Origin: Bacillota bacterium
GTDB lineage: Bacteria; Bacillota; Clostridia; Oscillospirales; Oscillospiraceae
Direction of reading: 5' to 3'
DNA length: 64,000 nt
NCBI GenBank assembly: GCA_030535235.1
Contig: JAUNCL010000001.1
Span: 13,518-77,517 of the forward strand
Positions 1-9,531 of this stretch are shown in pieces. Position 1 is the stretch's first letter. Every line of letters begins with the position of its first letter. Under the pieces are notes generated by a model. That model saw only the letters and a program-made list of their open reading frames with translations, ran no database searches and was not told the origin of the DNA. A program made the position numbers and the translations under genes.

Positions 1-2167
1 AGATCCCCATTTTTGCGGCGATACTCACCACCCCGTCCAGAATGGCCTTGTTAAAGTCTTCCACGGCAGAGTAGTAGTCCTTGTCCAGCAGCTCCTTTTC
101 GATGAGCTCCCCAATGCACTCGTGGGCCAGATAGGGGTTCACAGCCCGGGCGCCGAACCCCAGCAAGGTGGCAAAGTGGTGCACATCTCTCGGCTCCGCG
201 CTCTCCAACACCACGGAAATGGCCGTACGCTTTTTGGTGCGAATCAGGTGCTGTTCCAAGGCGGATACCGCCAGAAGGGAGGGAATCGCCACATGGTTTT
301 CATCCACCCCCCGGTCGGAGAGAATAATCACATTGGAACCGTTGCGATATGCCTTGTCACAGCTGACGAACAGGTGGTCCAACGCCCTCTCCAGGGAGGA
401 ATTTTTGAAGTACAGCAGGGATACGGTCTCTGCCTGGATCCCCGGCATCTTCATATTTTTGATTTTCAGCAGTTCCATGCTGGTGAGGATGGGGCTGTTC
501 AGCTGCAGGACCCGGCAGTTTTCCGGCGTATCACAGAGTAGGTTGCCGTCAGACCCCACATAGACCGAGGTATCCGTGACAACCTCCTCCCGCAGGGCGT
601 CGATGGGCGGGTTAGTCACCTGCGCAAAGAGCTGCTTGAAGTAGTTAAACAGAGGCTGCTGCTGGTCCGACAGCACCGCCAAGGGGATATCCGCCCCCAT
701 GGACATGGTGGGCTCGCGCCCTGCCTTGGCCATAGGCAGGATGGACTGCCGCACATCCTCATAGGTATAGCCAAACACGGTGTACAGCTTGTCCCGCAGG
801 GCCTGGTCGTGAATAAGCACCCGTCGGTTGGGCGCGGTCAGATCGTCCAGGGTGACCAGCTCCCGGTCCAGCCACTCCCCATAAGGGCTGGCGGAAGCGT
901 AGCGACCCTTGATCTCTCCGTCTCTCTGGATCTTTCCGGCAACGGTATCCACCAGGATCATCTTCCCTGGGCCAAGGCGGCCCTTTCGCACAATGTGCTC
1001 CGGCGAAATATCCAGCACGCCGACCTCCGACGAGAGGATCAGAAAACCGTCATCGGTCTCATAGTACCGGGCCGGGCGCAGGCCGTTTCGGTCCAGGCAG
1101 GCCCCAACCACATCTCCGTCGGAGAAGAGAATGGCCGCCGGACCATCCCAGGGTTCCATCATGGTGGCGTAGTAGTGATACATGTCCCGTATGCCACGGG
1201 GCATGTCCCGGTTGCGTCTCCAGGGCTCCGGGATGGTGACCATCACCGCTTTGGGCAGCTCCATGCCGCTGAACATGAGAAATTCCAGGGTATTATCCAG
1301 CATAGCCGAGTCCGAGCCGCTCGGGTCCACCACCGGCAGAATCTTTTCCATCTCGCTGTCCAGCACGTCCGTGTGCATGGTCTCTTCCCGGGCCAGCATT
1401 CGGTAGACGTTGCCCCGGATGGTGTTGATTTCCCCGTTGTGCAGGAGAAGCCGGTTGGGATGTGCCCGCTCCCAACTGGGATTGGTATTGGTGGAAAACC
1501 GGGAGTGGACCAGCGCAATGGCGGTTTCATAGCGGGTGTCCTGAAGGTCCCCGTAGAACTGGCGCAGCTGGTGCACCAGAAACATCCCTTTATAAACGAT
1601 CGTCCGGCAGCTGAGGGAGGCCACATAGGTGTCCCGCACCGACTGCTCATACTCCCGGCGGACAATGTATAGCCGACGGTCAAAATCCAGGTCCCGCGCC
1701 GTCTCCACCGGCCGGCGGACAAATCCCTGCCAGATAGACGGCATGCAGTCCCGGGCTCTCTGCCCCAGGACCTGGGGATTCACCGGCACCGGCCGCCAGC
1801 CCAGAAACTCCATGCCGTCCTTTTCCACCAGGATCTCAAAGAGCTTTTTCCGCTGGCTGCGATGGAAGCGATCCTGAGGAAAGAAAAACATGCCGACGGC
1901 ATAGCTCCGCGCCCCCTCCAGATGGATCCCCTGCTCTGCTGCCGCCGCAGAAAAGAAGGCATGGGAGATCTGAAGGAGAACCCCCACGCCGTCGCCGGTC
2001 TGCCCGGAGGCGTCCTTGCCGGCTCGGTGTTCCAGCTTCTCCACGATCTTCAGCGCGTTATCTACCGTACGGTAAGATTGTGTCCCGGCGATGTTTACCA
2101 CCGCACCGATTCCACAGGAATCATGCTCGAATCGTTCGTCGTATAATTTACAAGAAGAACGTTCCAT
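1..2167 (-). CDS. gltB: Glutamate synthase large subunit, 5' part (runs off the left window edge, so absent from the ORF track)
   Basis: Reverse strand from ATG at 2167 reads MERSSCKLYDERFEHDSCGIGAVVNIAG, the class II GATase N-terminus (HDSCG). The reverse frame also gives typical GltB segments such as HSRFSTNTNPSWERAHPNR and HNGEINT. RBS-like AGGAAG lies upstream. Confidence 0.93.
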   Translation of the reverse strand, partial: MERSSCKLYDERFEHDSCGIGAVVNIAGTQSYRTVDNALKIVEKLEHRAGKDASGQTGDGVGVLLQISHAFFSAAAAEQGIHLEGARSYAVGMFFFPQDRFHRSQRKKLFEILVEKDGMEFLGWRPVPVNPQVLGQRARDCMPSIWQGFVRRPVETARDLDFDRRLYIVRREYEQSVRDTYVASLSCRTIVYKGMFLVHQLRQFYGDLQDTRYETAIALVHSRFSTNTNPSWERAHPNRLLLHNGEINTIRGNVYRMLAREETMHTDVLDSEMEKILPVVDPSGSDSAMLDNTLEFLMFSGMELPKAVMVTIPEPWRRNRDMPRGIRDMYHYYATMMEPWDGPAAILFSDGDVVGACLDRNGLRPARYYETDDGFLILSSEVGVLDISPEHIVRKGRLGPGKMILVDTVAGKIQRDGEIKGRYASASPYGEWLDRELVTLDDLTAPNRRVLIHDQALRDKLYTVFGYTYEDVRQSILPMAKAGREPTMSMGADIPLAVLSDQQQPLFNYFKQLFAQVTNPPIDALREEVVTDTSVYVGSDGNLLCDTPENCRVLQLNSPILTSMELLKIKNMKMPGIQAETVSLLYFKNSSLERALDHLFVSCDKAYRNGSNVIILSDRGVDENHVAIPSLLAVSALEQHLIRTKKRTAISVVLESAEPRDVHHFATLLGFGARAVNPYLAHECIGELIEKELLDKDYYSAVEDFNKAILDGVVSIAAKMGI

Positions 2168-2227
2168 AGATTCACTTCCTTTCCTGGTATATCTGGGATA
2201 TTACCCGCTGCTTCCGGGAAAGTCAAC

Positions 2228-2269
2228 AAAAAAGGCGCAGGGCTGAACAATTTCAGCGCTCCGCCTTTT
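2228..2269 (-). terminator. Terminator-like hairpin in the gltB 5' leader
   Basis: Minus strand AAAAGGCGGAGCGCTGAAATTGTTCAGCCCTGCGCCTTTTTT is an imperfect stem plus T6, about 60 nt upstream of the gltB ATG. Confidence 0.5.
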
Positions 2270-2750
2270 CTTGTTATTTTTAACAAATTATAAGTGTGCA
2301 TTTTGACAAAATAATCAAATCAGACTATTTCTTCCAGAAATTTTTCAGATTTGATCCATCCCATGGAAAAGTTTTTTCAGGTACCTGCTCTCACATTTTT
2401 TGCAGTTATCAAAAGTATTTCCTGCAAATTCGATTCCATTGGACTTCCTATCATGGTTCCCCTGTCAAGACGAACCCGTGAACACTCCGTCTCACAGATA
2501 CCGAGCGTAAGGTTTTTGTCTCAGGTGTCCAACTTGCGATTGCAGTTTGCGTTTTGAATGCGTGTTTTCCCTGTGCTGCACAGGTAGACGTCACTCACCT
2601 TCACATAGCAAAGGTGCCGTCAACAGGTCCCTTATTGTACATTATCAGGGGACAATGCCATATTTCAGGCATTCCTTGAAGAGGAAAAGATATCCATTCG
2701 TCTGCTTATCCAATTCCCCTTTCTCCAAACCAGAGGGGTTCATGGCGCAA

Positions 2751-2791
2751 GAGAGGCCGTCACATGGAAAATCGCCATGTGACGGCCTCTC
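2751..2791. terminator. 17-bp perfect hairpin downstream of the C26 lipoprotein gene
   Basis: GAGAGGCCGTCACATGG-AAAATCG-CCATGTGACGGCCTCTC. Confidence 0.65.
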
Positions 2792-2840
2792 GTTTCTCAT
2801 TTCAGTTTAAACTGCGTCAGCCAAAAGGGCCTGACTGGAA

Positions 2841-3884
2841 TCATTGTGCTGCGTAGCTTACCAGGGTACGGAAGAAGTTGAGACAGGTATCCAGGTCGCA
2901 CAGAGCAGCCTCAGCATCGCCCTCATACAGAGCCAGGGCGCAGTCATTTTCAGGGTGGAACTGAACACCCAGGCAGAAGGTCTTATCCTGACGCTCAATA
3001 CCCTCCACCAGGGTCACATCATTGAGGGTAGCAGTGGCCACCACGGTCAGGTTGGTGCCTTCCACGCTATCCACGTTCTGGTGATGCCAGGAGGACACGT
3101 TTTCCAGGGTGTCTGCGCCGACGATGTCGCCCAGCCACTTGGAGTTATCCAGAATATCGACGGTGTGGCGTGCATAGGTGCGGTTCTCCATGCCGGGAGC
3201 CATTCTGTGGCCGCCGTCATAGACCTCTTCGTAGCCCTCCACGCCCTGGGCGGCATAATAGTTGGGAATGTCCTGGATGAAGGTACAGCCGGAGACGATG
3301 CCCATCATCTGCTCGCCGCGGCAGGCGGCCAGGGTGGGGACGTCGTTGTCAATGCAGTAAGCCATCAGGGTATAGTCAGAGATATCGCGGGTGGCATTGA
3401 TCTCCTCGCCGTTGTTGTCCAGGGCGGTGGGCTCGGCATAGAGGGAGGGGCTGATATCCTCGCCGCCAATGAAGAAGACGCCGTCAATGCCGTCCATGAC
3501 CTCTTCCACGTTGGTAGAGGCATAGTCGCAGGCCTTCACCTGGTCTGCATACTCCTGCAGGAGCATACCGTTCTCGTCCACATACTCGGGCAGGATCACG
3601 CCGTTTTCATCGTAGCCGACGGAGGTGGTGGTGACCTGTGCCAGGTTGACGGGCACGCCGCCTGCTTCCTCGATGACGGCGGCATAGCCTTCGTACTCGG
3701 CGATCACGTCGGGATCTTCGGTGTCGGTATAGGCCCAGGTGATGCCGATGACGGGAGCGGTGGCCTCCGGGGAGGTTTCGGGTTCCTCAGCGGGGGCTTC
3801 TTCCGGGGTGGAACCGCAGCTTGCCAGCATCAGGCTGCAGACCAAAGCCAAAACCAGCGCCAGTGTTTTCTTGGTGTTGAACAT
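2841..3884 (-). CDS. Lipoprotein gamma-glutamyl-gamma-aminobutyrate hydrolase-like enzyme (peptidase C26 / class I GATase fold)
   Basis: Signal peptide with lipobox LMLASC and a Pro/Glu linker. Motifs FIGGEDISPSLY, nucleophile elbow AACRGEQ, VSSWHHQ and GVQFHPE. Confidence 0.85.
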   Translation of the reverse strand: MFNTKKTLALVLALVCSLMLASCGSTPEEAPAEEPETSPEATAPVIGITWAYTDTEDPDVIAEYEGYAAVIEEAGGVPVNLAQVTTTSVGYDENGVILPEYVDENGMLLQEYADQVKACDYASTNVEEVMDGIDGVFFIGGEDISPSLYAEPTALDNNGEEINATRDISDYTLMAYCIDNDVPTLAACRGEQMMGIVSGCTFIQDIPNYYAAQGVEGYEEVYDGGHRMAPGMENRTYARHTVDILDNSKWLGDIVGADTLENVSSWHHQNVDSVEGTNLTVVATATLNDVTLVEGIERQDKTFCLGVQFHPENDCALALYEGDAEAALCDLDTCLNFFRTLVSYAAQ

Positions 3885-4077
3885 GGGACTTCTCTCCTTT
3901 TTGAGATTAATTTAATGACAGTTTGACAGAAAAAATATACATTTTGAACGCATATTTTTTACAAACATTGAGAACCGAACAATCCAATGTTTGGACACAA
4001 GAACCGTTTTATTGGGCGCAGGGATGCGGATGAAAGTTGGGCCTCCATAAGAAAAAATGTGCTCGTACAAATATGAA

Positions 4078-4440
4078 TGTCAGTGAATTTCTTTACCATT
4101 GACACTGAAATTGTTTACCACCTTTTCACTTTCCATCCGAACTGTTAGCCTGAACTGCGAATTCCGCCCGGTAGGCCTTGCCGGAATTCATGTTCGAAAC
4201 AAAACTGCGGTAAGTCAGCCGGTCAATCATGTTTCGACTTTACTGCACATCTTTGTCCTGTGCGGTATTACCTTAGATATGGCAGGACTTAAAAAGGATG
4301 ATATTACTCCGATCATCGGCGCCGTCTTCTGGCAGAGGGATCTTGTAGGGTACTTCTGCCGCTTAATATATGACAGCATGACAGCCATCACTGACTGGCT
4401 CAACCGCCATTCGCTTTCTTTGAAACCGCTCAAGACATTG
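4078..4440 (-). mobile_element. Degenerate IS21-family remnant (IstB C-terminus plus one end)
   Basis: Minus 4230-4126 translates MIDRLTYRSFVSNMNSGKAYRAEF, like the IstB C-terminal DRL..xxMN.xSYR. It is followed by TGTCAGTGAATTTCTTTACCATTGACACTGAAATTGTTTACCA (plus strand 4078 onward), which has a TG end and an internal repeated TTTACCA unit as in IS21 ends. Confidence 0.5.
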
Positions 4441-4457
4441 TCTTTTAGAACCCCTGG

Positions 4458-5717
4458 TCAGAGAGACAGTTGAGGATGCCGGCGCACGACGCGGCCCCGC
4501 TGAAAGACGCCGCCTACGGCGTCCGCCTCCAGGAAAACCTCGCTGTGGAGCGGGTCCCGATCCAGGAGGAGGGCGTCAAATTGGAACCCAGGTGCCAGGG
4601 CACCCAAAGTATCAGCACAGCCGCAGAGCTCCGCCCCCCGCTTTGTGGCGGACAACAGGGCCTGCTCGGGGGTGAGTCCGGCCTGCCGGAGCCAGTAGAT
4701 CTCCTCCAGGCTGTGGCCGTGGGTGCCGCGGCTGGCAGAGTCGATGCCCAAGGCAATGGGGACCCCAGCCTCATGGGCCATGCGCACCGACTGGCCCAGC
4801 TGCGCTGCCAGCTTCTTGCCGCTGCGGACCAGAGGGGGCGGCAGCGGTGAGTCCGGGGCCGCAGCCAGGGCCGCCAGATGCTGATAGACCGTCAGGGTGG
4901 GTACCAGATAGGTCCCTTTCCGGGCCATCAGGGCCACCTGTTCCTCCGTCATGAAGACGCCGTGCTCCAGAGAGCGGACCCCCGCCTCCAGCGCCCAGGT
5001 CACGCCCTCGCCGCCTACGGCGTGGACCATCACGGGTTTTCCCGCCTTGCGGGCCTCCCACACGGCCACAGACAGTTCCTCGGGAGAGAGCTGAGGCGCC
5101 AGGGCGCCGTCAGTTCCGCTGAAAATGCCGCCGGTGGTGCACAGCTTCACCCAGTCCGCACCGGCACGGATGACCTGCCGCACCGCCCGGCGCATCTCCT
5201 CCGGCCCGTCCACCAGAAAAGGGGGGCGGCCGGGGGCGGGCGGCATGAACCCCTCAGTGGAAGCAGACACATCCGCCCCCTGGAGGTAACCGTCCATGTG
5301 GCCGCCGGTCTGACAGAGCAGGTTGACCGACACCTGCAGCTCCGGCCCCTCGATCTCGCCCTGGGCCAGGGCTGCCCGCACGCCGGCATCTGCGCCGCCA
5401 GCGTCCCGGACAAAGGTCACCCCGGAATGGAGCATGGTCCGCAGGTTCCCCGCGGTCTGCAAGACCCGCAGGGAGTAGGAGGTGTTGTGGTTTTCCCAGG
5501 CGTCATCGGTGCTCATGCCCACGTGGGCGTGGCAGTCAAACACGCCAGGCATCAGCCAGAGGCCCCGGCAGTCGTAGCGGACCGCGTCACGGGGCAGACT
5601 GCCGCCGGCGGTGATGGCACGGATGATCCCATCCTCCACCAGCACGTCCCGGGGATCGGAAAAGCCGCCGTCCTCCTCCATAACGTAAGCCCCGCACAGC
5701 ACAAAGGAACCCTCCAT
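4458..5717 (-). CDS. Metal-dependent amidohydrolase (Xaa-Pro dipeptidase-like subgroup)
   Basis: MPGVFDCHAH (HxH), GVTFVRDAGG, WVKLCTTGG (Lys), VMVHAVG, SLEHG, ALGID. Confidence 0.88.
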   Translation of the reverse strand: MEGSFVLCGAYVMEEDGGFSDPRDVLVEDGIIRAITAGGSLPRDAVRYDCRGLWLMPGVFDCHAHVGMSTDDAWENHNTSYSLRVLQTAGNLRTMLHSGVTFVRDAGGADAGVRAALAQGEIEGPELQVSVNLLCQTGGHMDGYLQGADVSASTEGFMPPAPGRPPFLVDGPEEMRRAVRQVIRAGADWVKLCTTGGIFSGTDGALAPQLSPEELSVAVWEARKAGKPVMVHAVGGEGVTWALEAGVRSLEHGVFMTEEQVALMARKGTYLVPTLTVYQHLAALAAAPDSPLPPPLVRSGKKLAAQLGQSVRMAHEAGVPIALGIDSASRGTHGHSLEEIYWLRQAGLTPEQALLSATKRGAELCGCADTLGALAPGFQFDALLLDRDPLHSEVFLEADAVGGVFQRGRVVRRHPQLSL

Positions 5718-5735
5718 CTCTGTTCCCGCCTTTCG

Positions 5736-6635
5736 TCAGTCTCCCACAAACTTCTGCGCCGTGCCGCCCAGGAAGAGGGCCAGCTCCTCCGGCGTGAAGT
5801 AGGGGGCGTGGAGCTTAAAGCAGTCGATGTTCTGCTTGTACTTCATCTCATCCTCAAACCAGGGCCAGTCGGTGGCATACATCAGCCGGTCGGCCCCCAC
5901 GGCCTCCTTCAGCCGCTTCACCCGGGCCTGGAGGTTCTTGAAGGGATACTCGCAGCCGTCATCCCAGACAGCCCCGGGCATGGCGTTGGACAGGTAGAGG
6001 TTTTTGTGCTTCTTCACCAGGTCCACCACCAGCTGTCCCTTGGGCAGCAGGGGGTCGATGCAGCCTGCATGGAGCAGGGCCACCGGCAGGTCAGGCACTT
6101 CCGTCAGCATCTTGTCCAGCTGGGCCAGGTAGCCCTCGATGGTCAGGGTCTTGGGGGGCAGCAGGAACTCGTAGGAAATCAGCAGGGTGGATTTCTGCTC
6201 CTGGAGATAGCGGCAGATATCCAGCCAGAAGTCGCTGGACAGATCGCAGGCGATGAAGGCAGGGAAAAGCTTGAAGCCCCGGGCTCCCCGCTCAATATCC
6301 TGGCGGATGAGATCCTTGGTGTCGTACAGGCGTGCGTCCTTGATGACAGAATACCAGTAGAAGCGGTCAGGATACTTGGCGATCTCCCGCAGGCAGTATT
6401 TCTTTCCCCCCGCGAAGTCCTCCATGTCAAAGCCCGCCACCTGGGCGGCAAAGCGGGTGTCCTCACCGTCGTAGCTGATCAAAAAGGTCTTGTCCACCCC
6501 GGCGTGGTCCATTTCGGCCACCAGCAGGTCGGCATTGTGCTCGTGCCAGGTGTAGTGGCGGCGCATGGTCTCCTGGGGGTTGGTCCGGCAATTTCTTGCC
6601 CAGTAGAACAGATGGGTCTCAGTATCGATTACCAT
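5736..6635 (-). CDS. Amidohydrolase_2-family TIM-barrel hydrolase
   Basis: VIDTETH, RGFKLFPA, VALLHAG, YLSNA, RLMYATDWPW, LFLGGTAQKF. Confidence 0.8.
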   Translation of the reverse strand: MVIDTETHLFYWARNCRTNPQETMRRHYTWHEHNADLLVAEMDHAGVDKTFLISYDGEDTRFAAQVAGFDMEDFAGGKKYCLREIAKYPDRFYWYSVIKDARLYDTKDLIRQDIERGARGFKLFPAFIACDLSSDFWLDICRYLQEQKSTLLISYEFLLPPKTLTIEGYLAQLDKMLTEVPDLPVALLHAGCIDPLLPKGQLVVDLVKKHKNLYLSNAMPGAVWDDGCEYPFKNLQARVKRLKEAVGADRLMYATDWPWFEDEMKYKQNIDCFKLHAPYFTPEELALFLGGTAQKFVGD

Positions 6636-6653
6636 AGGGATGCTCCTTTTCGC

Positions 6654-7652
6654 TTATTGTTCGGCTGTTGCCGCGCTCCCATCGCAGAGATGGCAGCGCA
6701 CGATGTGTCCCGGCTCCACCTCCCGTTCCACCGGGTCGATTTGGGTGCAAATCTCCTGTTTGAAGGGACAGCGCAGGTGGAAACTGCAGCCGGTGGGGAT
6801 GTGGACCGGCGAGGGGATCTCCCCCACCGATTCCACCCGCTGGGGCCGCAGGGCCTCCTCCTCTTCGGAGACCACCGGGATGGCCGAGAGCAGCATCTGC
6901 GTGTAGGGATGCAGGGGATTGGTGAAGAAGGTGAGGGTGTCCGCCACCTCGCACACCTTGCCCAGATAGAGAATGACGATCCGGTCGGCAATGTTTCGCA
7001 TCAGACTCAGATCATGGGTGATGAACAGATAGGTCATTTCCCGCTCCCGACGGAACCGCATCAGCATGTTGATGACCTTGGCCTGGATGGATACATCCAG
7101 AGCCGAGGTGGGCTCGTCCAGGATCAGGAAGGCGGGGGCGCAGGCCATGGCCCGGGCGATGCACACCATCTGCCGCTCGCCGCCGCCGATGGAACCGGGG
7201 GCCTTGTACATGAAGCTGGGCGGCAGCTGCACCATCTCCAGCAGACGGACCACCTCCCGGGTCAGCTGGTCGCCCCGCAGGTCTTTGCGGAAGAGCTTTA
7301 AGGGCAGGGAGAGGATCTGGTGAATGGTCTGGTTTGGGTTGAGGGCCGAGGCCGGGTCCTGAAAGACGATCTGCAGCTGCCGCTTCAGGGCCTGGGGACG
7401 CCGCTGATAGGGCTGGTCCAGAGAGACGCCATCCAGGCGGATAGACCCCGCCGTCAGCCTGTTGATGCCCATGACCGTGTAGGCCAGGGTGGATTTGCCG
7501 GAGCCGGATTCTCCCACCAGGCCCAGCACCTCGCCCCGCCGCACATCCAGGGAAACCCCGTCCAGGGCGCGGACGTAGAGCTTTTCCCGAGAACTCTCCA
7601 CGGGGAAATAGGTCTTCACATCCCGCAGGCTTAAAATGATATCATCACGCAT
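6654..7652 (-). CDS. Oligo/dipeptide ABC transporter ATPase (OppF/DppF-like)
   Basis: GESGSGKST, IVFQDP, IGGGERQ, LILDEPTSALD, C-terminal PTGCSFHLRC. The ATG at 7652 has a GGAGG RBS. Confidence 0.93.
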   Translation of the reverse strand: MRDDIILSLRDVKTYFPVESSREKLYVRALDGVSLDVRRGEVLGLVGESGSGKSTLAYTVMGINRLTAGSIRLDGVSLDQPYQRRPQALKRQLQIVFQDPASALNPNQTIHQILSLPLKLFRKDLRGDQLTREVVRLLEMVQLPPSFMYKAPGSIGGGERQMVCIARAMACAPAFLILDEPTSALDVSIQAKVINMLMRFRREREMTYLFITHDLSLMRNIADRIVILYLGKVCEVADTLTFFTNPLHPYTQMLLSAIPVVSEEEEALRPQRVESVGEIPSPVHIPTGCSFHLRCPFKQEICTQIDPVEREVEPGHIVRCHLCDGSAATAEQ

Positions 7653-8643
7653 TGGATTCCTCCCCATATAGGAAGCAGGCCACGAAGTGGCCGGGAGACA
7701 GCTCTTTCATGGCGGGGCGGGCCCTTTGGCAGCGTTCCGTGGCCTGGGGACAGCGGGCGCAGAAGCGGCAGCCCTCCGGCACGTTGTGGTAATCCGGGAT
7801 ATAGCCGTAAATACCCTCGGAGAACCGCTGGCCGGTCAGCTTGGGCACCGCCTCCAGCAGCCCCCGGGTATAGGGGTGCAGGGTGTTGGCAAAGAGTTCC
7901 CCGGTGGGGGCCGTCTCCACGATGGTGCCCGCGTACATAACATAGATGCGGTCGGTCAGCTCCCGGGCCACCCCCAGGGAGTGGGACACCAGGATCAGGG
8001 ACATCCCCTGCTCCTCGTGGAGGCGGTTGATAAGGCGATACACCTGGGCCTGAATGGTCACATCCAGGGCCGTGCCCGGTTCGTCCGCGATGAGCAGATC
8101 CCGCCGGGCCATAACCGCCATGGCAATGCACACCCGCTGCTTCATCCCGCCGCTGAGCTGATTGGGATAGCAGGTCAGGATGCGGGCCGGGTCGGGGATC
8201 AGCACCTGGGCCAGGGCCTCGACGGCCCGGTCCCGGCATTCCTTTTTGGACAGGCGCACCCCCTTGGCCGCCTCGGCGCTGCGGACCACGTCCACCATGT
8301 GGGCGCCGATGGTGAACACCGGATCGAGGGCGCTGGCCGGTTCCTGGAACACCATGGAGATACGCCGGCGCAGCAGGGCCGCCCGCTCCTTTTCCGGCAG
8401 AGGGCCCAGGGCCTGTCCCTCCAGGAACAGCTCCCCGGTGGGGATCCTGGCGATACGCTCCGGCAGAAGGTGCATCAGGGCTTTCATCGTGGTGGTTTTG
8501 CCGCAGCCGGCCTCCCCCACCAGGCCGATCTTCTCGCCCCGGTGGATGTGAAGGTCAACGCCGTCCAGCACCTTGGCGTAGCCCTGATAGCTGTTGTACC
8601 ATACACGGAGGTTTTTTACCTCCATCAGAGGTGATTGACTCAT
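7645..8643 (-). CDS. Oligo/dipeptide ABC transporter ATPase (OppD/DppD-like)
   Basis: GEAGCGKTT, LSGGMKQR, LIADEPGTALD, PEGCRFCARC. Likely start MSQSPLMEV at 8643 (ATGA overlap with the upstream stop). Confidence 0.93.
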   Translation of the reverse strand: MSQSPLMEVKNLRVWYNSYQGYAKVLDGVDLHIHRGEKIGLVGEAGCGKTTTMKALMHLLPERIARIPTGELFLEGQALGPLPEKERAALLRRRISMVFQEPASALDPVFTIGAHMVDVVRSAEAAKGVRLSKKECRDRAVEALAQVLIPDPARILTCYPNQLSGGMKQRVCIAMAVMARRDLLIADEPGTALDVTIQAQVYRLINRLHEEQGMSLILVSHSLGVARELTDRIYVMYAGTIVETAPTGELFANTLHPYTRGLLEAVPKLTGQRFSEGIYGYIPDYHNVPEGCRFCARCPQATERCQRARPAMKELSPGHFVACFLYGEESNA

Positions 8644-9527
8644 GTTTCCTGATCTCCCTTTGAAAGCGCGTCCCGCAGGCCATCCCCAAAGAGGTTGAAG
8701 CCCAGAATGATGATGGCGATGGCCAGCGAGGGGAAGATGGTCATCCACCAGTACTCCGGCATGTAGCTCACGCCGTCGGAGAGCATCTGCCCCAGGGAGG
8801 GTGCGCCGTCCTGGACACCCAGACCCACATAGTTCAGCGTTGCGCCGATCAGAATGACCCAGCCCACGTCCAGGGCCATTTTGGTGAACACCGGAGACAG
8901 GCAGCCCGGCAGGATCTCCCGGAATAGGATGTGCCCCCGGCTGGCCCCCATCAGTTCGGCGCTGATGACGTAGTTCTCGCTACGCAGAGAGGAGGCCATG
9001 CTGTAGACCACCCGGCAGTACCAGGGCCACCACATGATGGTCACCGCCAGCATGGTGTTGGTCATGTTGGCCTCCATCACCGCTGCGATGGCCAGGGCCA
9101 GAAGGATGGGCGGAACGGAGAGAAACACATCGGTGACCCGCATGATGATGGTGTCCACGATGGTCCCCCGCAGATAGCCGGCCAAGAGGCCCAGCATGAC
9201 CCCCACCGGCACGGCAATGGACAGCACCAGCAGGGCCATGGACAACGCGCTGCGCAGGGAAAAGAGGATACGGGTGAGGATATCCCGGCCAAACACATCG
9301 GTGCCGCAAAGGTGCTGAAGGGACGGGGCCTGGCTGGCGTTGGCATAGTCGATAAAGATATCCGCATGGTCGGCATAAGGAGTAAGGAAAGGGGCAAAGA
9401 CCGCCAGCAGAAGGATCAGGATGACGATGGCAAAGCCCACCAGGGTCAGCTTATTCCGGGAAAAGAGGAACCATTTCCGGTGCAGCTCATCCTTCCAACG
9501 GATGCTGCGGGTATATTTCTGTTCCAT
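8640..9527 (-). CDS. Oligo/dipeptide ABC permease (OppC/DppC-like)
   Basis: HLCGTDVFGRDILTR, SAELMGASRGHILFREILP, GFNLFGDGLRDAL. Confidence 0.93.
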   Translation of the reverse strand: MEQKYTRSIRWKDELHRKWFLFSRNKLTLVGFAIVILILLLAVFAPFLTPYADHADIFIDYANASQAPSLQHLCGTDVFGRDILTRILFSLRSALSMALLVLSIAVPVGVMLGLLAGYLRGTIVDTIIMRVTDVFLSVPPILLALAIAAVMEANMTNTMLAVTIMWWPWYCRVVYSMASSLRSENYVISAELMGASRGHILFREILPGCLSPVFTKMALDVGWVILIGATLNYVGLGVQDGAPSLGQMLSDGVSYMPEYWWMTIFPSLAIAIIILGFNLFGDGLRDALSKGDQET

Positions 9528-9531
9528 GCCG

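Noticed and set aside
122-2146. Plus-strand ORFs (139-287 aa) over the first 2 kb
   Set aside because: Antisense shadows of gltB, which the track missed because it runs off the window edge.
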